Numbered from the stretch's first letter, positions 50,439 to 59,541 are shown. The stretch: 64,000 nucleotides of DNA from Oscillospiraceae bacterium (GCA_902782125.1 CACZMA010000003.1:87429-151428); one strand, 5' to 3'. The notes: generated by a model not told the origin, from the sequence alone. Made by a program: numbers and translations.

Positions 50439-51326
50439 TTAGAACAGGAATGAGATGAGGAATGTGATGCCCAGGCATGCAGCGTGGACATAGATCTTCC
50501 TGTTGCCTGTAAGACCTGTCTCGTCATTTACACCCTCATAGAGCATGAGGATCATGTATACGAGACCTGCCATGCTTATTCCGGTTCCGAAGTTACCGTA
50601 GATCAGGCTGCAGAAAGGTGCGATGACTGATCTGATGATGTATCCGACACCGACTGACATTGCAGCGATGGAGAGGAGCTTGGAGTAATTCCACTTCTCT
50701 TTCAGGATCGAGCCTGCGATATAGTAAGCGCCTGCAAGACCGAATGTGAGCATTGCAAACATTACGAAGCTGCCGAAGAATGTCAGGAATGCTGAGAGGA
50801 ATCCGAACCAGGGGTCGATGATGAAACCCGTAATGCAGTTGACGATCGAACGCAGGATCGTGAGAACAACAATGACGATACCTGACAGGATCGCGGAATT
50901 GGCAAATGCAGTATAGCGCTCCTTCTCTTCGATCACGCCTGTAAAAGGCTTAGTGGATGCATTGAAGAGAGTCTTAAAAAACTGGTCGAACGGAAGCATC
51001 GAGGATTCCTTCTTCGCAGCCTGCGGAGCGGGCTGGGGCTGGGGTTCCTGCTTGGGTGCTTCAGCAGCTGCTGCGGCTGCCGTTGTAGCTGCGGTTGCTG
51101 CCGCCTCTTCAGCGGGTGCTTCAGGTGTTGCTTCGGGTTCAGCTGCGGGAGCCTCGGGCTCTTCTGCAGGCTGAGGTTCAGCGGGTGTTTCTTCTACAGC
51201 GGGTGCTTCCTCTGCTGCCGGAGCCTCTTCAGCTGCGGGTGCTTCGGGGATCGGTGTTCCGCAGGATGTGCAGAATTTGGCTGTGTCGGAAAGTTCGTTA
51301 CCACAATTGGGACACTTCATAGACAT
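50439..51326 (-). CDS. Zinc-ribbon + Pro/Ala/Glu linker + Yip1-like multi-TM membrane protein
   Basis: CPNCG...FCTSCG, EEAPAA repeats, about five hydrophobic segments at the C-terminus. Confidence 0.8.
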   Translation of the reverse strand: MSMKCPNCGNELSDTAKFCTSCGTPIPEAPAAEEAPAAEEAPAVEETPAEPQPAEEPEAPAAEPEATPEAPAEEAAATAATTAAAAAAEAPKQEPQPQPAPQAAKKESSMLPFDQFFKTLFNASTKPFTGVIEEKERYTAFANSAILSGIVIVVLTILRSIVNCITGFIIDPWFGFLSAFLTFFGSFVMFAMLTFGLAGAYYIAGSILKEKWNYSKLLSIAAMSVGVGYIIRSVIAPFCSLIYGNFGTGISMAGLVYMILMLYEGVNDETGLTGNRKIYVHAACLGITFLISFLF

Positions 51327-51375
51327 TTACCTGCTTTCATAAAGTTATAACGAGTATAACATATTACGGAGGATA

Positions 51376-52239
51376 TCAGTATTCTTCGATAACTGTCCTC
51401 AAGCTCTCTTCCGGTACGGGCGAGTCGAACACGATGAGATATGACTTGCCGTCATGCTCAAAGACCGCCGCATTGAAATTACTTACATCGGGTGTGTCCG
51501 TATTGACCAGTGCATACGAGATGCCGCTGCCCGTGACTCCGGTCGTGGAATTGGAAGCGTTCACTGTTACACCGTTAAGATAAGTCGAAGCGAGATCCAC
51601 GCCTTCATCGGCAATGTACAGTGTGCCTGAATTGGAAGCGGCGTTGAATGTGATTATGCTTGTGCCGTTCTCCACGGACATGCTGGTCTCTACGCTGCCT
51701 TCGCCGCCATCGGGGATAAGCGCCACGATGTCTTCGTCGGGAGCATAAGTCTCCGGTCCTTTCGCAGGTCTCGTCACAACAGTTGTCGCATTTTCCGTAG
51801 GAGCAGTAGTCTCTTCTTCCCATTCTTCGCCTTCGTCATATCCGCCGTAGGAATCCGTACCGGCATCCGCGTCGCTGTCGCAGAATTCGTCCACAGCAGC
51901 TTCTCCGGCAGCTTCCGCACCGCCGTCATATGCTTCAGTCTGAGCTGCCGTATCGGGCTTTGATGACTTTGACTTGGACGAAGATGAAGACATCGCGTTG
52001 GACAGGAACGCTATCGCTATGCCGCCCACGATCAGAAGGGATGCCGCGATCGAGATTATCGCTGCTATCGGAACAGGCCTCTTCTTACGTACAACGGGCA
52101 TGGGTGTTACTTCCGCCGCGCTGCCGCCTTCCGCCTTCTGTTCGGCAATGGCCTTGGAGACGTTCGCAAGCACACGGGCCTTCATCTCGTCCGTGACTTC
52201 GATATGACTCATGTACTCATTGTACTTATTCAAAGTCAT
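51376..52239 (-). CDS. Probable membrane anti-sigma factor
   Basis: Overlaps the ECF sigma stop. Short cytoplasmic N-terminus, one TM helix (IAAIISIAASLLIVGGIAIAFL), acidic extracellular domain. Confidence 0.7.
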   Translation of the reverse strand: MTLNKYNEYMSHIEVTDEMKARVLANVSKAIAEQKAEGGSAAEVTPMPVVRKKRPVPIAAIISIAASLLIVGGIAIAFLSNAMSSSSSKSKSSKPDTAAQTEAYDGGAEAAGEAAVDEFCDSDADAGTDSYGGYDEGEEWEEETTAPTENATTVVTRPAKGPETYAPDEDIVALIPDGGEGSVETSMSVENGTSIITFNAASNSGTLYIADEGVDLASTYLNGVTVNASNSTTGVTGSGISYALVNTDTPDVSNFNAAVFEHDGKSYLIVFDSPVPEESLRTVIEEY

Positions 52240-52843
52240 TTGCCTCCTTCAGTATTTCCTTCAGCTTGTCCCTGGCGCGCTTCAGGTCGGACCTTATGGT
52301 CGCTTCCTTGCGCCCGAGTATATTCGCGATCTCCGCAGTCTTGTAACCTTCCTGATAGAACAGGTGGATGACTTCCCTCTGATTATCCGGGAGCTTCTTT
52401 ACCGCTTCCCACACATAAGACAGGTCGTCCTCTTCCTCTTCAGGCGCCGCGCCGGCGATCTCCTCGTTCAGCTCTTCCGAGCTCCTCACGCGGTTGTACT
52501 CGATACGGTTCTTGGCAAGGTTTGCCGCCACCGTGAGAAGCCATGCCTTACGGTGCTTCTCGTTCTCGAAAACAGGCTTCGTCGTGACAAACTTGATCAG
52601 GGTCTCCTGCAAGATGTCCTCGGCATCCTCCATGTTGTGCAGATAAGAATAGGCGAGCCTGAGGATGGCATTGCCGAGCTGATCCATAATCTCTACGGTC
52701 TCGCGCTCGAGACGTTCCTGTTCTGTCTCGGCACCGGCAGCTTCTACGGCAGTTCCTCCTGTACCGGCATCCGCGAAAAGCACACTCACCAGCCTTACGG
52801 CAGTAAGGATGAATCGCGGAAATAAAGCAAGCGCTCCGGTCAT
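52226..52843 (-). CDS. ECF RNA polymerase sigma factor
   Basis: AEDILQETLIK region 2, AWLLTVAAN, LPDNQREVIHLFY...TAEIANILG region 4. GGGGAG RBS. Confidence 0.93.
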   Translation of the reverse strand: MTGALALFPRFILTAVRLVSVLFADAGTGGTAVEAAGAETEQERLERETVEIMDQLGNAILRLAYSYLHNMEDAEDILQETLIKFVTTKPVFENEKHRKAWLLTVAANLAKNRIEYNRVRSSEELNEEIAGAAPEEEEDDLSYVWEAVKKLPDNQREVIHLFYQEGYKTAEIANILGRKEATIRSDLKRARDKLKEILKEANDFE

Positions 52844-52874
52844 TTGGTCTCCCCTTTATCCGCTTCTGTCCTTA

Positions 52875-52902
52875 ATACAGACGAAGCGGAACAAATGTTG
52901 CA
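52875..52902 (-). promoter_or_regulatory. Candidate autoregulatory ECF promoter
   Basis: Minus strand TGCAACATTT-N10-GTCTGTAT (includes CGTC), 31 nt before the sigma ATG. Confidence 0.7.
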
Positions 52903-53008
52903 ATAAACAGATAGATTATACCCTATTAGGATAAAGTCTTCTTACTGAAACACATAATTCACATTCCTTTAATTTACATAGTAATAAAAACTATTCATAA
53001 TAGTATCT

Positions 53009-54859
53009 ATGAGAAGCGGCACTGACAGGATCTTCTTTAAGAGCGGACTGAGGTATTTCCTGGTCCTGGTATTCACTACGCTCATTTTCCTTATAATCCT
53101 GGGTCTGCAGCTGCTCTCCGTAAGCATCACCACTTTCTATTATCTGGGTGTAACGCTGATGTTCCTGTCGTTCCTGATGAACATCGCGCTCGACAAATTC
53201 GGTTTCTACGCATCTTTTGTGCTGAACTTCCTGCAGTTCCTGGCATATGCATACGAGTATCTTGTCATGGACAATGGTGCGGCTCCGGTCATGATGGCCA
53301 TGACATTCACGGTCATGACCATGGATCTGTTCCTGCAGTACTACATCATCCGCATGGCCAACAAGATCTATGAGGACTGGAAGACCAACAGGAAGGAAAG
53401 GAATGCCCGCATAGCAAAGGAGCTCGAGGAAGAGATGTTCTCGAGGACAAGCCTCATCGTCAATCACGAGGAGATGGACAAGAAGAACGAGAACATAAGC
53501 GAAGCTCTGGGCGAGAGCCTGGCAAGCTCGATCGATCCTCTCACAACTCTCCCCGGAAGAGAGATGATCACGGCCAGGATGGACAGGCATATCGCAGACG
53601 ATGTTGCCACCATGCAGTCAGCCAAGACACCTGACGCGCAGTGTCATCCCTTCTCCGTCATATATGTCGGTCTCGACGGCTATGAGGATCTCAGCCGCGA
53701 GATCGGATACAAGTCAATGGACCTCTTTATCCAGAATATGGCTCACCGCGTCCGCGAGGCCGCCCTGCCCTCTGACATGGTCGCAAGGCTGGTCAATGCC
53801 GAGTTCATCGTGCTGTCAAGAAGGTCGATGAGCGATCTGGAGTCGGACGCCTATGCCCGTAAGCTCGCGACATCCTGCATGAAGGCTTTCGAGAGCGGAA
53901 GCGATAAGCTCTCCGTAAGCGTATCCTGCGGAGTGGCGAATTACCCCCGTGACGGAAGGATCGCAGGCGAACTCATCGCCAAGGCGGAAGAGGCAAGGCT
54001 TGCGGTAAGAGATACCGAACACGGCAAGGTCGGCAAGATCTCCATGACAAAGTACGCAGACATGGCCAAGGTCATGGAACGCGCGGGTAAGCTCTTCGAA
54101 GGCAAGACGCAGCATGAGATCACGTCGATCTTCGAATCTGCGATAGAAGACGGAAGCCTGCACATGATATATCAGCCCTGCTTTACTCAGGACAGGACTC
54201 TCCTGGGCTTCGAGGCGTTCATGAGATTCGAGCACGGCAAGGACCTTATCCCGCCCCAGGTGTTCCTCTCGGCTGCAGAGAATGCGGATTACATCAACAG
54301 GATCGGCGGATTCTCGATAGACCAGAGCCTCAAGGCGCTCGCGCTCTTCGATGCCAACCGCCCGGGACTTACGATGAACCTCAATATCTCCACGAGCCAG
54401 CTCAAGAACCCCGGATTCATCAATATGCTGTCCAATGCGGTATCCAATGCCGACTGCAAACTCATGAACCTGATGCTGGACATTCCCGAAGAAGGCCTGT
54501 TCACGGAGTTGCCTGACATCAAGGAAGCTATCGAGAAGCTGTCTGCCAAGGGAGTGAAGATGGCACTGGATAATTTCGGACGCGGCTATTCTTCGTTCAA
54601 TGCGATCCCGCTCCTGCCCATCACGGTGCTGAAGCTGGACGGTAACTTTACGGGTAATCTTGCGTCGGATGCAAATGTCCGCGTGCTCTCTGCGTCCGTG
54701 ATCTCACTGATGCACGATATCGACATCAAGGTCTGTGCCACCGGAGTAGGCTCCGATGAGCAGTTCAGGATCCTCGCCGAGCAGGGATGCGACATCTTCC
54801 AGGGCAAATACCTTGGCCCTGCAATGACGCTGGAAGAAGCTTTGGAATCTATTACCTGA
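53009..54859 (+). CDS. Membrane-bound GGDEF-EAL protein, both domains degenerate
   Basis: N-terminal TM helices, DPLTTLPGR, RLVNAEF in place of GGDEF, EAFMR, DNFGRGYSS, ATGVG in place of EGVE. Confidence 0.88.
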   Translation: MRSGTDRIFFKSGLRYFLVLVFTTLIFLIILGLQLLSVSITTFYYLGVTLMFLSFLMNIALDKFGFYASFVLNFLQFLAYAYEYLVMDNGAAPVMMAMTFTVMTMDLFLQYYIIRMANKIYEDWKTNRKERNARIAKELEEEMFSRTSLIVNHEEMDKKNENISEALGESLASSIDPLTTLPGREMITARMDRHIADDVATMQSAKTPDAQCHPFSVIYVGLDGYEDLSREIGYKSMDLFIQNMAHRVREAALPSDMVARLVNAEFIVLSRRSMSDLESDAYARKLATSCMKAFESGSDKLSVSVSCGVANYPRDGRIAGELIAKAEEARLAVRDTEHGKVGKISMTKYADMAKVMERAGKLFEGKTQHEITSIFESAIEDGSLHMIYQPCFTQDRTLLGFEAFMRFEHGKDLIPPQVFLSAAENADYINRIGGFSIDQSLKALALFDANRPGLTMNLNISTSQLKNPGFINMLSNAVSNADCKLMNLMLDIPEEGLFTELPDIKEAIEKLSAKGVKMALDNFGRGYSSFNAIPLLPITVLKLDGNFTGNLASDANVRVLSASVISLMHDIDIKVCATGVGSDEQFRILAEQGCDIFQGKYLGPAMTLEEALESIT

Positions 54860-54872
54860 TCTTAAGAATAAA

Positions 54873-55613
54873 TCAGTCCAGAAGATCTGCGAGAGAGCTG
54901 ATCTCATCGCAGGGCAGGTTACGTGCGACCGTGGGAGACTGCTCTGTCTGGATATAGCAAGCTGCCATGTTCGCAGCCATACCGCCCCTGACATCGCCGA
55001 ACTCGTCAGATCCGATGAGAACGCAGTCCTTTGCCTTGATCTCGGAATTCTTAAGTGCAGCGGTGAAGAATGCCTTGGAGGGCTTCTTTGCTCCGATCTC
55101 GGAAGAGATCTGGATGCCGTCGAACAGGTCGATCAAGCCGAGGCTCTCAAGCTCCGGGATGGAGAAGCATGCCTGGCCGTTAGTGAACAGATAGATCTTC
55201 TTGCCCCTCTTCTTCAGTTCCTCGAGGACCTTCTTTGCCTCGGGATAGAGAGCGAGCTTGGTTATGGAGATGCTCCTGAAGGTGAGCGCAGCCTCATCGA
55301 CCTCCGATGAGAATACCCTGCAGCCCTTCTGGGTGAACAGTTCCTTGAATACTTCGGACAGATCGAAGTCGGCCTCTTCGGCAGCGAGCTTGGACTTGCC
55401 CTTCTTGGATTTCTTGGCGGAAGCTTCGGCGTGCTCACGGCAGAGTCTCGAATATTCCTCGCGGAACTCGACTTCGTCGTAGCTTGCGCCCTTCATGGAA
55501 TAATATCTTGCCATGGAGCTCCAGAGATACGGAAGGTTCTCATCCGTGCGGATATCTACCAGAGTGCCATATAAACTGAATACGAAGTTGTTTTTTGTGT
55601 CAAACATAGCCAT
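54873..55613 (-). CDS. HAD-superfamily protein lacking the motif I nucleophile Asp
   Basis: FSLYGTLVD (motif I), FTNG, KKPS, IGSDEFGD. Confidence 0.8.
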   Translation of the reverse strand: MAMFDTKNNFVFSLYGTLVDIRTDENLPYLWSSMARYYSMKGASYDEVEFREEYSRLCREHAEASAKKSKKGKSKLAAEEADFDLSEVFKELFTQKGCRVFSSEVDEAALTFRSISITKLALYPEAKKVLEELKKRGKKIYLFTNGQACFSIPELESLGLIDLFDGIQISSEIGAKKPSKAFFTAALKNSEIKAKDCVLIGSDEFGDVRGGMAANMAACYIQTEQSPTVARNLPCDEISSLADLLD

Positions 55614-55722
55614 AAGCCCCCTTCAATCTGACAATCCAAAATAATAATATATTATTTTTTTGCGTTCGTGGGGATTATTTGATTTGTTTATCTGACTAAA
55701 TAAGCAGCCGGAAGGGGATTTT

Positions 55723-56325
55723 TTATGTTTTTCCTGCAACAAATTCGATGATCCGGGCCGCATGGTCCGCTCCGAGCACATCAGTATTGATGCAGAGATC
55801 GTATGTCGCGGCATAGCCCCACTCGTTCCCGGAGAACTGATTATAGTAGGCTGCACGCTCCTTATCGGCACGCAGGACCTTCTTTTTGGCCTCTTTCTCG
55901 GTCAGATGTTCTCTATTCATAACATGAACTATGCGGGATTCGACCGAAGCGGTAATAAAAACGCTCAGGAGGTTGGGCTTCTCTGCAAGGATCTCGTTCG
56001 CACGGCGGCCGACGATGACGCAGGGGCCTTCTGCGGCGATCTTCTCTATGACTTCTCTCTGGGCATTGGCGGCGATCTGCCTTACCGATGAATATGTCGG
56101 GCTCATATAGCCTACCGACATGTAGAGCGCCGCGTCGTTGATCTCCTTCTCGTCGACGCTGGCCAGGTATTTCTCGTCCAGGCCGCTGCTCCTGGCAGTC
56201 TCTGCGAGGAGTTCCGAATCGTAATACGGGATCTTCAGGTCTTCTGCGACCTGTCTGCCGATCGACCTTCCTCCTGCTCCGTAAGACCTTCCTATCGTTA
56301 TGATCTTTCCTGTTGCAGCTGCCAT
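55723..56325 (-). CDS. Cytidylate kinase-like family protein
   Basis: ITIGRSYGAGGRSIG, CVIVGRRAN, YDLCINT. ATG 56325 after GGAGGTG. Confidence 0.85.
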   Translation of the reverse strand: MAAATGKIITIGRSYGAGGRSIGRQVAEDLKIPYYDSELLAETARSSGLDEKYLASVDEKEINDAALYMSVGYMSPTYSSVRQIAANAQREVIEKIAAEGPCVIVGRRANEILAEKPNLLSVFITASVESRIVHVMNREHLTEKEAKKKVLRADKERAAYYNQFSGNEWGYAATYDLCINTDVLGADHAARIIEFVAGKT

Positions 56326-56358
56326 ACAGTCACCTCCCGGTCTCGAACCCTCAAAAGG

Positions 56359-56383
56359 ATTATATGTATGCTTCAAGCATACA
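56359..56383 (-). promoter_or_regulatory. Perfect 19-bp palindrome abutting a TATAAT -10 box, candidate operator
   Basis: TGTATGCTT-C-AAGCATACA (56365-56383), immediately upstream on the minus strand of TATAAT (56364-56359). Confidence 0.6.
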
Positions 56384-56428
56384 CTTTTTTCGCGCGGCTG
56401 ACACGCGTAAAAAGTATCTTCCGGTGTA

Positions 56429-57193
56429 TTACTCTGCCTCGGCGTCTTCGTTTGCTTTCTCCTCTTCCTTCGCGGCGGCAGCATGCTTCATGTGCCAGAA
56501 GTAATAGCAGATGCTTCCCACGAGGAAAGTTACGATGATGAGGGCGCCGATTATGAAGAGCCTTATATAGTTGCCGTTGTTGAGCGCACTGCCTCCGATG
56601 GCGGAGAGGAATATCGCCGGGAACCTTCCGATAAAGGTTATCGCGATCCAGACGGGAAGCTTCATGTCAGTAAATCCGATGAAATATGTAATGATGTCCT
56701 TGGGCGTTCCCGGGATTAGGAAGAGTATGAACGTCACCATGTCCCTCTTGGGCGAATACTTGAGGAACTTGACCTGATCGAGCTTGTCCTTCGGCACAAA
56801 GAGTTCGACGAACCTCATGCCGAACTTCCTTACCATGAGGAACACGAACAGACTGCCCACCGTCATGGCAACATCGGCGATGATGGAACCCAGCACGGTC
56901 CCGAAAGCATATCCCGCGGCAACCTCGAAGGGACCGCCGGGAATAACAGCCGCGACGACCTGCAGGAACATGCAGATCATGAACATTATGATGCTCCACG
57001 GCTTCTTGTCGTGCATATAGGCACGGAACTCGGCAGGGTTCTCCGCCATCTCGAGCATCGGCTTGCAGATGAGGAAAGACAGCACGATCACCACCGAGAA
57101 GATGGCGACCAGGAGCAGGATCGCGAGGGCTCTCTTGCGTATGGTCTCTTTACTTGCCGGCTGCTTTTTTTCCGGATTCTTTTTTGTTCTCAT
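56429..57193 (-). CDS. TVP38/TMEM64 (DedA/VTT) membrane protein
   Basis: FLQVVAAVIPGGPFEVAAGYAFG, FLIPGTPKD, GRFPAI. Confidence 0.88.
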   Translation of the reverse strand: MRTKKNPEKKQPASKETIRKRALAILLLVAIFSVVIVLSFLICKPMLEMAENPAEFRAYMHDKKPWSIIMFMICMFLQVVAAVIPGGPFEVAAGYAFGTVLGSIIADVAMTVGSLFVFLMVRKFGMRFVELFVPKDKLDQVKFLKYSPKRDMVTFILFLIPGTPKDIITYFIGFTDMKLPVWIAITFIGRFPAIFLSAIGGSALNNGNYIRLFIIGALIIVTFLVGSICYYFWHMKHAAAAKEEEKANEDAEAE

Positions 57194-58430
57194 TTTCTTC
57201 TTTCTGCTCGAGCTGCTTCAGCTTGGCGACGATATAGTCAGCGGTATTGGAGGCACCTTCGCCCCTGCACTGCCAGATCTCTTCCCTCGCCTGTGCGCGG
57301 GTCTCCTTGAACTTGGGGTTGGTCAGACACTCTTCGATAAGGTCCTTGACGCCTGCGGCATTGTCTATCGTAAGACCCATGCCGATCTTTGGGAGCATCG
57401 TGAGCGACCAGGGCTCTTCCTTCAGGAAGTAGTAGTCATACTGACCCTTGTCGAACTCGATGTCTGCATATATGACGGGCTTGTCGAAGATGAATGCGAA
57501 GTCCAGCATGACACCCGAGAAGTCGGAGATCATGATGTCGGACCTTCTCAGAACTTCGAAGTTGTCATTGTCCCTGTTCCACTCGAGGTTCTCGCTGTCC
57601 GGGAACTCCGCCATGAGACGGTCGATGACGTCCTTATCCGCGGTAAACGACTGCGGGTGAGGCCTTATGATGACGTGGTAGCCTGTATCGAGAAGATTCT
57701 TTATCATCGTCTCGCCGTATCTTACGAGAAGACTGGAAACGCCCCACGAAGGCGCGAGAAGGACCGTTGTCTTGTCCGACTTCGGTGCGGGACCTGCAGC
57801 CTCGACGCGCTTCATCATCTCGTCCATATAGGGGATGCCGACGATCCTGAGTTCCTTCTTGGGAAGTCCGCGGAGCTTCTCGAGTTCTCTTATCTGATCG
57901 ATCTGCACCTGGCCCGAGAAGAGTATCGCATCAAAATAGTCGAGCTCGAACATCCTGTAGGATGCCGCATCTCTCGGAGCGTGCATAATGTGCACATAGT
58001 AATCAACGGATCTCGATCGCTTCCACTGGAGAACGTCGAGGCCCGGGGTGGTACAGAACACCAATGTGGCATTGAGCATGTTGAGCCTTGTGAAGGCCTT
58101 GTTGCCCTCGCCGATGAATTCAGTCTTGATGTGCTTGTATTCCTTGGACAGCGCCGGATCATCAGGCGACGATGTCATGAATACGGTATTTACTCCTCTT
58201 GCTTCGAGTTCGTCGCAGATGGGTTCGAATGTGTTCCAGTAACGCTTCGAATCCGAATAGATGACAAGCGGGATCCTGTTCTTGTCCGCTTTCCTTCCTG
58301 CGCCTGACTTGAGCTTGATGATGAGAGTCCTGACAAGATAGACGGCCGCACTCAGGATGCCTATCAGGACCGTGAAGAGCATCGAGCCCGTGCCCGGATC
58401 GATGTAAAGACTGAAGAGCTGATTAACCAT
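57150..58430 (-). CDS. CDP-glycerol:glycerophosphotransferase (TagB/TagF-like) family protein
   Basis: YIDPGTGS leader plus TM helix, VGIPYMD, VLLAPSWG, IRPHPQ, ISDFSGVMLDFAFIFDKPVI. Confidence 0.85.
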   Translation of the reverse strand: MVNQLFSLYIDPGTGSMLFTVLIGILSAAVYLVRTLIIKLKSGAGRKADKNRIPLVIYSDSKRYWNTFEPICDELEARGVNTVFMTSSPDDPALSKEYKHIKTEFIGEGNKAFTRLNMLNATLVFCTTPGLDVLQWKRSRSVDYYVHIMHAPRDAASYRMFELDYFDAILFSGQVQIDQIRELEKLRGLPKKELRIVGIPYMDEMMKRVEAAGPAPKSDKTTVLLAPSWGVSSLLVRYGETMIKNLLDTGYHVIIRPHPQSFTADKDVIDRLMAEFPDSENLEWNRDNDNFEVLRRSDIMISDFSGVMLDFAFIFDKPVIYADIEFDKGQYDYYFLKEEPWSLTMLPKIGMGLTIDNAAGVKDLIEECLTNPKFKETRAQAREEIWQCRGEGASNTADYIVAKLKQLEQKEENENKKESGKKAAGK

Positions 58431-59541
58431 TGATGTACTCCATAAAGTTGTTCTTGTTCTCTATCGCCGTTGTCGTCGGTCTTCCGAGATCCGCTCTCGC
58501 TCCGACCTGACACTTTATCTCAATGAATATGAGCTCATCCGACGTCCTTGCTTCTTCAAGCGCGGAGGCAAGACCTTCTTCATCCGATACGGTAAGAGCC
58601 TTCGGATATCCGCAGGCCCGGGCCACGCCGGGAAGATCAACGGAGCCTGCGACAGTGGGCATTCCTCCGACAGTCTCGTGAGCTTCATTGTTGATAACGA
58701 TGTGGACCATGTTGGAAGGTTTGTTCTCTCCTATCACGGCCATCGAACCCATGTGCATGAGAGCAGCGCCGTCGCCGTCGATGCACCATACCTTGAGCTC
58801 AGGCCTGTTGAGCGCCACGCCGAGTGCGATGCTCGAGCAGTGACCCATGGAACCGACGGTAAGGAAATCATACTTGTGGCTCATGCCCTGCGCCGTACGG
58901 TACTCGAAGAGTTCTCTCGATATCTTGCCCGTCGTGGACACGATGGGATCTTCTCCTGCCGCAGCTGCGATCTGCCCTACCACGAACTCGCGGTTAAGGG
59001 TAAAGGCATTGCTGTAATCGACTTTGCCTTCGAACTCGAGCGCGCCTTTGCGCACGACGAATGCGACCTGCTTGCCGTTTGCAAGAAGTCCTTTGAACCC
59101 GTCTATAACCCCGGCAAGTTCTTCCTCGGTCGTATCGGGACCTATCACAAAGTTGGCGACATCCATATCGTCTAAGAGCTTTGTCGTGACCATTCCCTGA
59201 TAGATGTGCTGGGGCTCGTCATGAACGCCGGGCTCGCCTCTCCATCCGATGATGAATATCGTCGGTATGGCATACACCTTGTCATTAAGAAGCGATGCAA
59301 GAGGATTGATTATGTTGCCCTCGCCGGAATTCTGCATATAGACGACGGGCACCTTGCCGGTCGCCATGTGATAGCCTGCCGCGAGTGCAGCACAGTTACC
59401 TTCGTTCGCAGCTATGATGTGATGGTGCGGGTCTATCCCGTACTTGCTCATGAGGCAGTTGCACAGCGCCTTGAGCTGCGAATCCGGAACTCCCGTATAG
59501 AAGTCCGCGCCTATAAGATCCATCAGTCTTTCAACTCTCAT
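58423..59541 (-). CDS. aepY: Phosphonopyruvate decarboxylase
   Basis: GVPDSQLK, AANEGN, YMQNSGEGN, EPQH, TVGSMGH, IDGDGAALMHMG...NN TPP motif. Confidence 0.95.
   Translation of the reverse strand: MRVERLMDLIGADFYTGVPDSQLKALCNCLMSKYGIDPHHHIIAANEGNCAALAAGYHMATGKVPVVYMQNSGEGNIINPLASLLNDKVYAIPTIFIIGWRGEPGVHDEPQHIYQGMVTTKLLDDMDVANFVIGPDTTEEELAGVIDGFKGLLANGKQVAFVVRKGALEFEGKVDYSNAFTLNREFVVGQIAAAAGEDPIVSTTGKISRELFEYRTAQGMSHKYDFLTVGSMGHCSSIALGVALNRPELKVWCIDGDGAALMHMGSMAVIGENKPSNMVHIVINNEAHETVGGMPTVAGSVDLPGVARACGYPKALTVSDEEGLASALEEARTSDELIFIEIKCQVGARADLGRPTTTAIENKNNFMEYING

Noticed and set aside
51185-51250. Imperfect 18-bp tandem repeats
   Set aside because: They encode the EEAPAA linker of the zinc-ribbon protein, which is ordinary low-complexity coding sequence.
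56326-56484. Extension of the CMP-kinase-like ORF
   Set aside because: It covers the promoter palindrome and the end of the DedA gene. A GGAGGTG RBS supports ATG 56325.
57063-58307. 414-aa plus-strand ORF opposite the TagF-like gene
   Set aside because: It lies entirely antisense to a motif-bearing gene and shows no protein family features.
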